Positions 9,522-19,461 of a stretch of DNA of 64,000 bases are shown here, piece by piece; the first letter of the stretch is position 1; every line of letters starts with the position of its first letter. The stretch comes from an uncultured Verrucomicrobiae bacterium (GTDB lineage Bacteria > Verrucomicrobiota > Verrucomicrobiia > Limisphaerales > UBA11358), in the NCBI GenBank assembly GCA_963786375.1, contig CAWAYP010000003.1:241215-305214 (forward strand), given 5' to 3'. Made by a program: the position numbers and the translations under genes. Under the pieces are notes generated by a model. That model saw only the letters and a program-made list of their open reading frames with translations, did no database searches and was not told the DNA's origin.

Positions 9522-10502
9522 ATGATTTCTTCAAAAACATTGCCGCGGATGAAATTCAACTGTCTTGCACTATTGCCCAGGACTTGGCGGCGCGCGGTCG
9601 TTCTGGGTCTGGCCGTTCTTGTGCCGGCGTTGCCAGCCTGCGTTTCGGCCGCGGATCAAGAAGGCTTCGCTTCGCCGGAAGCTGCGGCCAGCGCCTTGAT
9701 GGCGGCGGCTAAAAATCACGACACGAATGCCCTGCACGCGATTTTCGGCCCGGAAGGCCACGGCTTGGTTTCGCCCGATGCCGTCCAGGCCGCCGAAGAA
9801 TACAAACTGTTTATCCAACGTCTGACGGAAAAAACGCAGGTGCTGACCAATTCCGATTCCAGCGCCGCGCTCGAATTGGGCGCGGACGGCTGGCCGTTCC
9901 CCATTCCCCTGGTCAAACAGGAGGGACAATGGTTCTTCGACACGGCGGCCGGCAAAGAGGAGATTCTCCGGCGCCGCGTTGGCATGGATGAACTGGGCGC
10001 GATTGCCGTTTGCCACGCCTATGTGGAGGCGCAACGTGAATACGCCGGCCAAGACCGCATGGGCGACGGCGTGCTGGCCTACGCGCAACACCTTCGCAGC
10101 ACGCCCGGCACGCACGACGGTCTTTTTTGGCCGGCGAAAGCGGACGAGGCGCTGAGTCCATTGGGGCCGCTGGTCGCCGCCGCCCGCGTGGAAGGCTATC
10201 ATCGCAGCGCGAAGATGATGAACGACCAGCAGGCGCCTTATCACGGCTACTATTTCAAAATCCTGACGCGTCAGGGCAGACACGCGCCGGGCGGCAAATA
10301 TAATTATATCATCAATGACCGCATGATTGCCGGATTCGCGCTGGTTGCCTGGCCGGCGGAATGGGGGAACACCGGCGTGATGACTTTCATCGTCAACCAG
10401 CAAGGCAAGGTCTATCAAAAGAATCTTGGGCCAAAGACCGCTAAAATCACCAAGGCCATGACCACTTATGACCCGGACGATACCTGGACTCCGGCACAGT
10501 AA
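9522..10502 (+). CDS. DUF2950 domain protein
   Basis: FASPEAA, WPFPIPLVK, G.EEILRRRVG.DE, PYHGYYFKIL, WPAEWGNTGVMTFIVN; usual partner of DUF3300. Confidence 0.88.
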   Translation: MISSKTLPRMKFNCLALLPRTWRRAVVLGLAVLVPALPACVSAADQEGFASPEAAASALMAAAKNHDTNALHAIFGPEGHGLVSPDAVQAAEEYKLFIQRLTEKTQVLTNSDSSAALELGADGWPFPIPLVKQEGQWFFDTAAGKEEILRRRVGMDELGAIAVCHAYVEAQREYAGQDRMGDGVLAYAQHLRSTPGTHDGLFWPAKADEALSPLGPLVAAARVEGYHRSAKMMNDQQAPYHGYYFKILTRQGRHAPGGKYNYIINDRMIAGFALVAWPAEWGNTGVMTFIVNQQGKVYQKNLGPKTAKITKAMTTYDPDDTWTPAQ

Positions 10503-10622
10503 AGCTTAGAAGCAGAACATTGCCAAGTGCATGTGACAATACCGTTGTCGGTGCCGGCCAGCTTTAGAATCACAGCCGCATAGTACCCACTAAACCACAC
10601 CGGATGCGGCCTTATTTCGTCC

Positions 10623-11657
10623 TCAATAGAGGCACTTTGCCAGATAGCCGGCCAAAGCGGTGTATCTCTGGCTGGCGCGGAATTCAGCGATGGTCTGCCG
10701 GTCCACTTTAAGTGCCTTGGCCCAGAGGCGCTGCAAATTGGCGGCGCTGGTGCGCAGAATGTCGGCGATGTCCTCTTGCCGGTCAGTCCGGGGGGCTTTG
10801 ACATCAAAGGCCAGAATGCCCTCCCACTTTGCGTCCTGAAGCACAACGCACAGCGCCAAGTCCTTCAGCGGTTCCATATAACCGAAGGGCATGTCCTGGT
10901 CATAACGGGTGGTGTCTTGTGAATTCAAATGAATATGGAAAAGTTTCCCGGCCTCCAGGCAAAGCTCCACGTCCCAGACGAAATCCAGGCCGGCCATCCG
11001 GCTGTGCGCGGTTTCAGGATTCAGCCCGAACAAGTGTTGCACGGCGGGATCCAGGCGGCTGATGAGATAAAGCGCCTCGCCCGCGTTGCCCAAATACATG
11101 TTGGCGCGCGGCTCGTTGGGTTTCGGTTCCAAGGCAAACCGCGGCGATTTTTTGCCGTACTTTTTCAGCGAATACGCGCCCACCGCGTTAAAGCCGTCCA
11201 TCAGCCGGCGGAATGAATCCCGGCCGTTCTTGGCCAGGAGAAAATCGAAACCTTCGCGGCCATTCCAAAAGACCATCACTTCGGCGCCCAATTCCGCCGT
11301 GGCGTCCACCGCCCGCAGGGCGTTGTCCAAAGCCTGCTTGCGCACCGCACGGTCGTTGCTGGTCATGGCGCCGTCCTTGAAAATCGGGTCGGCAAAAAAT
11401 GACGGCGTGTACATGCCCATCTTCAAGCCGTATTGTTTCAATACTTTTTTCGCCTGCGGCACTTCACTCAATGAAATTTCAACGTCATGCGCCTCGACGT
11501 AGGTAATGCCCGCCTCGGCCAGCAGTGGGATGCGCTCCAGAACGGGAATTTCCTGGCGGGTGGGGCCGCCAAAGGGATCACGACCGGGACCGAGGTTCCA
11601 GACGCCGGCGCCAATGCCCTGCTTGCCTTTTTTGGGTGAGATGATGATTTTGCTCAT
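10623..11657 (-). CDS. xylA: xylose isomerase, class I-like and divergent
   Basis: GRDPFG, AHD, FKDGAMTSND, WNGREG, ALEPKPNEPR, NPETAH, YDQD; divergent from xylulokinase. Confidence 0.8.
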   Translation of the reverse strand: MSKIIISPKKGKQGIGAGVWNLGPGRDPFGGPTRQEIPVLERIPLLAEAGITYVEAHDVEISLSEVPQAKKVLKQYGLKMGMYTPSFFADPIFKDGAMTSNDRAVRKQALDNALRAVDATAELGAEVMVFWNGREGFDFLLAKNGRDSFRRLMDGFNAVGAYSLKKYGKKSPRFALEPKPNEPRANMYLGNAGEALYLISRLDPAVQHLFGLNPETAHSRMAGLDFVWDVELCLEAGKLFHIHLNSQDTTRYDQDMPFGYMEPLKDLALCVVLQDAKWEGILAFDVKAPRTDRQEDIADILRTSAANLQRLWAKALKVDRQTIAEFRASQRYTALAGYLAKCLY

Positions 11658-11861
11658 AAGTTCAAGTTTGTGATTATTTCGTGATGATCTGCGCTTTGCT
11701 TAATAGTTCACGGGCAAAGCACAAGTTTAATTTAATGTGAAAAATTTGTAAATGCTGGTCTTGCAGCCGGTCTGACCCGGATGGATGATTCCGGCGCGAC
11801 GGAAAAATCTTTTCACAGGCGGACAACTCATGTTATCCAAAGTTACCTGAACGAAACCAGT

Positions 11862-13445
11862 ATGGCCAAACTCTTTCTTGGACTCGACTCCAGCACGCAA
11901 AGCTTGAGCGCGGTGGTCATTGATTACGACCGCCGCGAGGTCGCTTATGAAAAATCGCTGAACTTCGACCGGACGCTGCCGCATTACGGGACGCAAAACG
12001 GCGTGCTGCCCAACGCCGATCCGCTCATCCGGCACAGCCCGCCGCTGATGTGGGCCGAGGCGCTCGACGTGATTTTTGCCGAAATGAAAAAAGACGGCGT
12101 CGCGCTCGGTGAAATCCTTGCCATCAGCGGCAGCGGCCAGCAGCACGGCTCGGTTTATTTGAACCGCCGCTGGCCGGAGACGCTGGCGCGGCTGAATCCA
12201 CAAAAAAAACTGGTGGAAAATCTGCGAGCCGTCTTTTCGCGCCCGACTTCGCCCATTTGGATGGATTCCTCGACCGCCGCCGAATGCGCGGAAATCCGCA
12301 AAAAACTGGGCGGCGTCAAGCTCGCCGCGCAGGCGACCGGTTCGGACACCTTCGAGCGGTTCACCGGCCCGCAAATCCGCAAGTTCTACAAGACCGCGCC
12401 GGCGGCTTACGCGGAAACTTCCCGCATCGCGCTGGTCAGTTCGTTCCTGGCATCGCTGCTCGCCGGGAAAATCGCGCCGATTGACCATGGCGACGGCGCG
12501 GGCATGAACCTGATGGATATTCGCAAAAAAATCTGGCACGCGGACGCGCTCAAGGCCACCGCGCCGGGTTTGAAACAAAAACTGCCGTCCCTGGCAAATC
12601 CCTGGAAAGTTATCGGCGCGGTCAGCCCCTATTTCGTCAAAAAATTCGGCTTGAATCCCGGCGCGCAGGCCGTGGTCTGGTCCGGCGACAATCCGTGCAG
12701 CGTCGTCGGCCTCGGTTTGATCCGCGAAGGCCGGGTCGCCATCAGCCTGGGCACCAGCGACACCTATTTTGGCACGATGAAGCGGTGCCGCACCGACGCG
12801 CACGGTGAAGGCCACGTGTTCGGTTCGCCGACGGGCGATTACATGACGCTGATTTGTTTTAAAAACGGCTCGCTCGCCCGCGAAAAAATCCGCGAATTTT
12901 ATGGAATCAAGGATTGGAAGCAATTTGGCGGCCTGGTCACTTCGACCCGGCTGGGGAACGGTGGCGGCATTTTGTTGCCGTGGTTTGAAGCGGAAATCGT
13001 CCCGCGCGTCAATCATCCGGGCATTCACCGTTTTGACCTCGACGCAAAGGATGTGGCGGCGAACTGCCGCGCCGTCCTTGAAGCGCAAATGATGGCGATG
13101 CGGCTGCATTCGCAATGGATGAAAGTCGCGCCGGACTCCATTTACGCCACCGGCGGCGCGTCCAACGATCTGCCGTTGCTGCAAATCATGGCCGATGTGA
13201 TGAATTGCCGCGTGCGGCGGATTGAAGTTTCCAAGAGCGCCGCGCTCGGCGGCGCGTTGCGGGCGGCGCATGGCTGGCTGGTCGGGGCCGGGGAAAAACC
13301 GAAATGGGAGAAGGTTGTTGCCGATTTTACCAACCCGGTTCCGAACAGCGAAATCCGCCCCAATCCGAAGGTCACAGGGATTTACGACCAGCTCCTCAAG
13401 AAATATGCCGCGTGCGAACGCGAGGCGTTGACGAAATTGGGCTGA
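11862..13445 (+). CDS. xylB: xylulokinase (FGGY family, eukaryote-type)
   Basis: FLGLDSSTQS, SGSGQQHGSVY, SPIWMDSST, ERFTGPQIRK, GDNP, SLGTSDT, ATGGAS. Confidence 0.88.
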   Translation: MAKLFLGLDSSTQSLSAVVIDYDRREVAYEKSLNFDRTLPHYGTQNGVLPNADPLIRHSPPLMWAEALDVIFAEMKKDGVALGEILAISGSGQQHGSVYLNRRWPETLARLNPQKKLVENLRAVFSRPTSPIWMDSSTAAECAEIRKKLGGVKLAAQATGSDTFERFTGPQIRKFYKTAPAAYAETSRIALVSSFLASLLAGKIAPIDHGDGAGMNLMDIRKKIWHADALKATAPGLKQKLPSLANPWKVIGAVSPYFVKKFGLNPGAQAVVWSGDNPCSVVGLGLIREGRVAISLGTSDTYFGTMKRCRTDAHGEGHVFGSPTGDYMTLICFKNGSLAREKIREFYGIKDWKQFGGLVTSTRLGNGGGILLPWFEAEIVPRVNHPGIHRFDLDAKDVAANCRAVLEAQMMAMRLHSQWMKVAPDSIYATGGASNDLPLLQIMADVMNCRVRRIEVSKSAALGGALRAAHGWLVGAGEKPKWEKVVADFTNPVPNSEIRPNPKVTGIYDQLLKKYAACEREALTKLG

Positions 13446-13572
13446 TTGATTACGGACTGTTTCAGGACGCAGTTGCCTGCCACGCCCTCGCCCTGAAACA
13501 TATTAAACAATACTGCAGCCACACGCCAAAACACTCTGGTTCGTTCGCGGCCCGCCGGCATGAAGGCGGGGT

Positions 13573-16083
13573 TCACTTGGGATGGGAAACCGGGTCTCCG
13601 TAAACAACCCCGCGCCCGCCGGTGCCGAAGTAAACCCGGCCATAAATCCGCGGATCACCGGTGACATGGTTGATCCAGCCATATTGATGCTGATCGTCGT
13701 TGATGCGCACCCAGTTTTTCCCCTCGTCGTCGGAGCGGAAAATGGCCTGGAGATTGCCGATTTTGCCGGCAAGAAAAAGGGCCGGGTATTTCCGCCCGGG
13801 GGCGGCCTTGCCGAATCCGAGCGAATAAGCCTCCGAAACGGCATCCCACTTCGTAAAGGTGGCGCCGGCGTCGGTCGAGTGATAAAGGCCGTTGGAGCGG
13901 AAAGCCAGCCAGAGATCGCCCTGCCTGTCAGGCGTGGCCGACAGCCCGGCGCCTGAACCGCCGCCACCACCGAACCCGCCGCGGTAACCTTCGACCACGG
14001 GGAAGGCCGCCGCCGTCGGTTTAAACGAGGCGGAACCGTTGGTGCTGACCCAAACCTGCCCGGCGTACGGTTCATAAGCGTAGAACCGCTCCGGGTTCAC
14101 CGGATCGGCTACGACCCGGACATCGGAAGCAAGTCCCGCGCAAACCGTCCAATGAGTTCCCCGATCCACAGAGTAATTCGGTTCGGCGCCCCGCGGCGTC
14201 CACACAATGGTTTTACCGTCCGCCGAGATCGCTATCGGGCCGGCGCCGAAAATGTCGGCCGGTTCGCTGGCGAGTGTTTTCCAGGTCTTGCCGCCGTCCC
14301 TGGAAATGGAGGCGTGGATGACATGGTTGGTTCCCCCGCCTCCGCCAGTGCCGGTGCGGACGATGAGGTTTGGCTTCTTTCCGGCAAACGCCAGACTCTC
14401 CGTATTGCCGTAACGCTGGCCGGAGAAAGTTCCTTCAGCGGGTGATTGGTCAAGATCATCGTGCCGGAAGCCGTCAATGTCGCCCAACCCGCTCAACAGA
14501 TGGGCGCCCTTGGGCGGACTGATCAGCGCCAGCGGCACGGTTTCTTCCAAGCCCTGGTCGAGGAAAACCCAATGGGTCGGTTTGCCCGCGTCGGCGGCGG
14601 TCGCGTTGGTGCAGCACCAGATGCCGTAGCCGGTGGTCAACAGCACCTGGTCGGAATTAAACGGATTGATCACGATGGTGCCCATCCAATGCGGTGTGCG
14701 GGTGGCGGTGTAAGGCGCGTTGGCGTGGTCCCAGACGGCGGTATCGGTGGTATTGGTTTGCCAGAGTTGTGTCCAACTTGCGCCGCCGTTGGTGCTGCGG
14801 AAAATTTCATCGTGCGGATGCCAGTGACAGAAGGTCGTGGCCATCAGGGTTGACGGATGTTGCGCGTCCACCGCGACGCAGCCGTAGCCGAAGGGCTGGT
14901 CGGAATCGCCGGGGTGGACCGGGGTGATGTCCGTCCAGACGCCGTTTTTCGGGTTGAATTTCCAAATCGCGCCATCACTCATCGAACCGGGTCCGGGTTC
15001 CCGGCCGTAGCTCAGGTAAAATATTCCGTCCGGCGCCCGCACGAGGTGATTCGGGCGCAACCCCACCGGCTGGTTCGCGACCGCCAGCCAGGTGACGCCG
15101 CCGTCGGTGCTGCAAAAAAGATTGGTCCCCGTTGCGGCCACCGCCGCATAAAGCGTGGGGGTCGGACTGCCAAATTTGCCGCTGGCGGGGTCAAACACCA
15201 CACTCACGATGCCGACGGCCTGCTGGGCAAAATTGCCGAAACGCCAGCGGAAATTGGAGGTCGCGTTGATTGCCGCCGGCGTTGTTTGGTTGGTGGTGAT
15301 GATGTTGGGAAAACCTTCAACGTTCTGCCAGGTCGCTCCCCGGTCGGCGCTCTTCCACAATCCGTCCCGTCGCGAGCCGAAGAAAAGGATGTCGCCTTGA
15401 TTGGGGTCCACGGCGAGCCGTTCGCCATTGAAGCGGCCGGACTCGTTGCCGCCCATTTTAAAAGGCACATCGGTGCGCTGGAAGGTTTTGCCCTGGTCAT
15501 CGGAACGAAGAATGGCCGCGTTGCCCCCTTCATAGATGCCGGCAGCCACATAAACGCGTTGCGGATCGTTGGGATCCACCGCGATGCTCTCGATTCCTGT
15601 CAGGCTCGCATCCGCCATGCCCAGCCAATCGGTGATGGGCATCCACCGGTGCGCCGTGTCATCCCAACGGTAGGCGCCGCCCACGTCGGTGCGCGCATAC
15701 ATCAAACCCTTTTGATGTGGATCCATGATAATGCCCGTGACGAATCCGCCGCCGCCGATGACCACGTCGCGCCAGACATAGGGTTCCGATGGTGGCGGTT
15801 GGGAGGCCGGGGATTGCGCCGGCGCAGAGCACGCCAGACCCAGCATGACCAGCCCGACAACCCGATGAGACGCAAACCCGAAAACCGAAATTAGCCTGCC
15901 TGTGGCTGCAAAGCCACCGTCGCAGAAGGTAAAGGCGACGCCTCGTCGCCGGTTCGACAACCGTCCGTTTCTGGCGGCTTCGAAAAATGCGCCGGGGGCG
16001 GCGCACCCACCCTTCGGTGGCGTGGCGTCACCGCTACGACCACTCCGGCCAACTTTGGTTTTCGGACTAAAGATTTCTTGCAT
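13573..16083 (-). CDS. GH74 xyloglucanase (start uncertain)
   Basis: YVWRDVVIGGGGFVTG, YARTDVGGAYRW (catalytic Asp), GERLAVDPN, LSGLGDIDGFRH, BNR S.D.G.TW repeats, GDPRIYGRVY. Confidence 0.92.
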   Translation of the reverse strand: MQEIFSPKTKVGRSGRSGDATPPKGGCAAPGAFFEAARNGRLSNRRRGVAFTFCDGGFAATGRLISVFGFASHRVVGLVMLGLACSAPAQSPASQPPPSEPYVWRDVVIGGGGFVTGIIMDPHQKGLMYARTDVGGAYRWDDTAHRWMPITDWLGMADASLTGIESIAVDPNDPQRVYVAAGIYEGGNAAILRSDDQGKTFQRTDVPFKMGGNESGRFNGERLAVDPNQGDILFFGSRRDGLWKSADRGATWQNVEGFPNIITTNQTTPAAINATSNFRWRFGNFAQQAVGIVSVVFDPASGKFGSPTPTLYAAVAATGTNLFCSTDGGVTWLAVANQPVGLRPNHLVRAPDGIFYLSYGREPGPGSMSDGAIWKFNPKNGVWTDITPVHPGDSDQPFGYGCVAVDAQHPSTLMATTFCHWHPHDEIFRSTNGGASWTQLWQTNTTDTAVWDHANAPYTATRTPHWMGTIVINPFNSDQVLLTTGYGIWCCTNATAADAGKPTHWVFLDQGLEETVPLALISPPKGAHLLSGLGDIDGFRHDDLDQSPAEGTFSGQRYGNTESLAFAGKKPNLIVRTGTGGGGGTNHVIHASISRDGGKTWKTLASEPADIFGAGPIAISADGKTIVWTPRGAEPNYSVDRGTHWTVCAGLASDVRVVADPVNPERFYAYEPYAGQVWVSTNGSASFKPTAAAFPVVEGYRGGFGGGGGSGAGLSATPDRQGDLWLAFRSNGLYHSTDAGATFTKWDAVSEAYSLGFGKAAPGRKYPALFLAGKIGNLQAIFRSDDEGKNWVRINDDQHQYGWINHVTGDPRIYGRVYFGTGGRGVVYGDPVSHPK
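15929..16037. repeat. inverted GTAG-type REP doublet inside the 5' end of the GH74 ORF
   Basis: GTAAAGGCGACGCCTCGTCGCCG (15929-15951) and the reverse complement of 16015-16037, GTAGCGGTGACGCCACGCCACCG, match at 17/23. Each unit is self-palindromic. Confidence 0.65.
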
Positions 16084-16090
16084 ATGTCAA

Positions 16091-18259
16091 TTACTCGACC
16101 GTGACGGTGGTTTTCAAACGTTCGTCGGCGGATGAACTGCCGACGCGGATTTCGATGGTCCCGCTCTCAACCGTCCAAGCATGTTTGGTTTCATCCCAAT
16201 ACGCCAGCGATTTTGCCGTCAGGGGAAATTCCACCGTTTTCGTTTCACCGGGTTGAAACGCCACCCGCTGGAAGCCGCGGAGTTCCTGGAGGGGATGTTC
16301 CAAGGCCGATTTCAAATGCCTGACGTAGAGCTGGACGACTTCTTCGCCCGCGCGGTTATCGGTGTTTTTTACCTGTACGCTCACGGTCATTGTGCCGTCC
16401 CTGGCCAGCGTCGGCGCGCTGGTCTCCAAATCGGAATACGCAAACGTGGTGTAGCTCAAGCCGTAGCCGAACGGATAGAGCGGCTGGTGTTTGAAGTACA
16501 TGTAAGTCCGGCCATCACGGATGTTGTAATCCATCATGCGCGGCAATTGATAAAGCGATTTGGGCCAGGTTTCCACCAGCCGGCCCGCCGGGTTGTAATC
16601 GCCGAACAACACGTCCGCCAGCGCGTTGCCCTCCTCCTGGCTGCAATGCGTCAGGTGAACAATGGCCGGAACGTGTTTTTGGGACCAGTTGATGGCGTAT
16701 GGAAAACTGGAAATGAGCACGACAACGGTGTTGGAATTGGCCCGGTAAATTTGTTTGACCAGCTTCTCGTCCTCCAGCTTGATGGATTTGCGGTCCACGG
16801 CTTCCTTGCCGTAGCTGGGCAGCGCGACCTTCCCCCAATTGGTGAGGCCGCCCGTGGGATGATTGCCCACGCAAACGATCACCACGTCGGCGGCCCGGGC
16901 GAGTTTGACCGCCGCGCCGCCGGCGTTGTTGGTGGCGCAGGTCACGGTGACGCCGCGGCCAACCTTGTCCCGGATGCCTTGAAGCGGTGTGACCGTGTAA
17001 GGCGGCGTGCCGCTGTACCAATCAAGCAGGACCTTGTCCGCGTACGGACCGATGACGGCGATGGATTTAAGTTTGGTCCTGTCGAGCGGCAGCAGGTTTC
17101 GGGAGTTTTTCAAGAGCACGATGGATTCTTGCGTCACCAACCGCGCGACCGCCCGATGTTCGGGCGTGTTCCACGGTTCGGGTTCGGAGCCGGCGCCGAT
17201 GCGGGCGTAGGGATTGTTCGTGGCCGGGTCCAGCAGACCGAGCCGGAGGAAGACACGGAGGGTGCCTTTGATGACCTGGTCAATGTCGGCTTCGCTCAGA
17301 AGATGATTCGTCAGCGCGCCGTCAACGCTCGCGTGGTAATTGTCGAGGAACTGGTTGATGCCGGCCTTCACACAGGCCGCCGCCGCTTCGTTCGTGGTCG
17401 CATAATAATGATGCCGGCTGACCAGAAACCGCAGCGAGCCGCCGTCGGTGCAGATGATGCCGTCCACGCCCCATTCCTTGATCGCGACATCTTTGATGAC
17501 CGGCTGGACGGTGCAGGGAACACCATTCCACGCGTTGTAAGCGGCCATGAAACACCGCGCGCCACCCTCCTCAAACCCCATGCGGAAGGGCGCCGAATAA
17601 TACTCGCGGAACAAGGCTTCGTCGAAATCAGATGAAGAACCTTCACGTCCATCCTCATTGCTGTTGGCAAAAAAATGTTTCAACAGCGACGCCGTCTGCC
17701 AGTATTTCGGGTTGTCGCCCTGGAGTCCTTTGATGAAAGCCACCGCCATTGTCCCGTTGAAGAACGGGTCTTCGCCATAGCATTCCTCGGTCCGGCCCCA
17801 GCGCGGGTCCCGGCCCAGGTCGGCATTGGGCGCGCGAATGATCAGGCTGCCGCGGTGGTAGTTGGTATTCTGATACAGGTAACGCGCCTCGTAGCCTTCC
17901 ACCGCGCCGGCCTGATGTATTGCGTTCGTGTCCCAGGTTTCGGCCATGCCGATGGCCTGGGGGAAAATGGTCGTGAGATAAGGCGGTTTGGGCGCCCAAT
18001 TGCTGGGACCGCCCTGGTCAAGACCGTGGAGTCCTTCCGTATGGCCCATGGGCTTGATGCCGAGGCGCGGCACGCCGGGACGCTGACTGAGGAACGCCAC
18101 CTTCTCCTCCAGCGTCATCAAGGAAACGATGTTGGTGACGCGCACTTCCTCCGGCAGGTTCGGATTTTGAAATGGATATTGATATTGGGCGCGAGCCGGA
18201 ACGGCTGAGATTGCGAGAAACACGCAAAGCGCGGGCAATAAATACGGGCGGCCGGTCAT
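16091..18259 (-). CDS. GH3 beta-glucosidase/beta-xylosidase
   Basis: MTLEEK, RDPRWGRTEECYGEDP, KHF, nucleophile CTDGG, SIVLLKN, YPFGYGLSYTTF, Fn3-like C-terminus, signal peptide. Confidence 0.93.
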   Translation of the reverse strand: MTGRPYLLPALCVFLAISAVPARAQYQYPFQNPNLPEEVRVTNIVSLMTLEEKVAFLSQRPGVPRLGIKPMGHTEGLHGLDQGGPSNWAPKPPYLTTIFPQAIGMAETWDTNAIHQAGAVEGYEARYLYQNTNYHRGSLIIRAPNADLGRDPRWGRTEECYGEDPFFNGTMAVAFIKGLQGDNPKYWQTASLLKHFFANSNEDGREGSSSDFDEALFREYYSAPFRMGFEEGGARCFMAAYNAWNGVPCTVQPVIKDVAIKEWGVDGIICTDGGSLRFLVSRHHYYATTNEAAAACVKAGINQFLDNYHASVDGALTNHLLSEADIDQVIKGTLRVFLRLGLLDPATNNPYARIGAGSEPEPWNTPEHRAVARLVTQESIVLLKNSRNLLPLDRTKLKSIAVIGPYADKVLLDWYSGTPPYTVTPLQGIRDKVGRGVTVTCATNNAGGAAVKLARAADVVIVCVGNHPTGGLTNWGKVALPSYGKEAVDRKSIKLEDEKLVKQIYRANSNTVVVLISSFPYAINWSQKHVPAIVHLTHCSQEEGNALADVLFGDYNPAGRLVETWPKSLYQLPRMMDYNIRDGRTYMYFKHQPLYPFGYGLSYTTFAYSDLETSAPTLARDGTMTVSVQVKNTDNRAGEEVVQLYVRHLKSALEHPLQELRGFQRVAFQPGETKTVEFPLTAKSLAYWDETKHAWTVESGTIEIRVGSSSADERLKTTVTVE

Positions 18260-18426
18260 GGTGTTCAAATTTGTGAAGAATGATTTTGCCCGGTTGCCGG
18301 CAAATAAACAAAAACAACGCCGCAAATGAAACGTCCCGGTGCCGGCATTTTAGAAACTCCGCACGTCCACCGCACCAGCCGTTCTGCGTCCTCACCAACC
18401 CGCTCGGCCCGCTCTTTTACCTTCCA

Positions 18427-18447
18427 TTCGATGTTCAATGTTCGATG
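18427..18447 (+). repeat. heptamer tandem repeat (TTCRATG)x3
   Basis: TTCGATG TTCAATG TTCGATG, next to the 3' end of the HNH gene. Confidence 0.6.
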
Positions 18448-18477
18448 TTTCCCCCTCGGCCTAGGTAGAGAATTGGC

Positions 18478-19461
18478 TTACTTGCTGACTTCTCTTTTTA
18501 AGAACACGCTGTCACGATGAAATTTAAGGAATTCTCTTTGCGGTTCAGCAAATCCTCCGACGTTGACGACGCGATTCGTGATGACTCCCATTTTATTCAA
18601 TGACTCCCCGTGAGCCACGGGAGAGATAAGCAACTCGCCGTTGTTTTCAAAAGAAATAAAGCCACGGTCGAACAAATGGTCAATCGTCGGCGTAAGCAGC
18701 AATCCATTCCCCTCGAACAGCCGCTCACGGTTGTCCGATTCCCGCCAAGGTTTGATGTGACTTGCGATCAAATGTTCGGGCCGATCCACGCGCGTGACGC
18801 GACAGAAGTGTTCCAAACGCGAGACTTTTTGGCGAAATAAGCCCTGCCCGCGTCTAGCTTTGATGAGCGCCTGTTTTTCAGTCTCAGGCAATTGGCGATT
18901 TTCTGAAATTCGCGCAGCCTCGCGCTCTTCCCATTCAACAATCCCACGCAATTCCGGCAGCGGTGTTTCAGTAGTTTCGGAAAACTGGATGCCTTGGATA
19001 ATTCCTAAAAGTTCTGGCGAGGCGAGTTGCGCGATGACGAGTGCCATCGGTCGGGGAATTTGCGCGAGGTAAACGCCCTGATTGCCGTATCCGTTTGAGC
19101 GAATTGGTGAATATCGTTTGGGCAGAGTCGGCGAGATCGCCTGCATGTGTTGCGTCGGCAAAATCGGATCGGTGAATTTCTGAAAATCTATGTCTACTCG
19201 CCAGCCGACTTCGTTCCACGCCTGACCGATGTGTCCAAACTCATCAGGTCGAGGCGAGGTGTAACAATGGGTGCGTGCCATGCCGAAACCTTGAATCGCA
19301 CCGTCTGCGAATGAAAACACGATGTCACCAGGCGCGACCTCGCGCATGGTTTCGTAAAACGGATTGATCTGATCATTGCGCTTCCTTTTTGGCGACCAGA
19401 TATACTTGCCGAAAAACTCGTATCGGAAGGTCTGACTTTGATTGACCCACCAAAAGTTCAT
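18478..19461 (-). CDS. EVE-HNH modification-dependent (type IV) restriction endonuclease, VcaM4I-like
   Basis: N-terminal PUA/EVE-like region (FWWVNQSQTF..E..YIWSPK...YETMREV.PGD.VFSF...W..VGWRV...YSPI..NG.GNQ..YL) and C-terminal HNH (ARRGQGLFR...ASHIKPW...NGLLLTP..DHLFDRG). Confidence 0.85.
   Translation of the reverse strand: MNFWWVNQSQTFRYEFFGKYIWSPKRKRNDQINPFYETMREVAPGDIVFSFADGAIQGFGMARTHCYTSPRPDEFGHIGQAWNEVGWRVDIDFQKFTDPILPTQHMQAISPTLPKRYSPIRSNGYGNQGVYLAQIPRPMALVIAQLASPELLGIIQGIQFSETTETPLPELRGIVEWEEREAARISENRQLPETEKQALIKARRGQGLFRQKVSRLEHFCRVTRVDRPEHLIASHIKPWRESDNRERLFEGNGLLLTPTIDHLFDRGFISFENNGELLISPVAHGESLNKMGVITNRVVNVGGFAEPQREFLKFHRDSVFLKREVSK

Noticed and set aside
11692-11720. Inverted repeat GCTTTGC...GCAAAGC between xylA and xylB as a XylR operator
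   Set aside because: Only 7-bp arms, not repeated upstream of the other sugar genes, and no regulator in the window.
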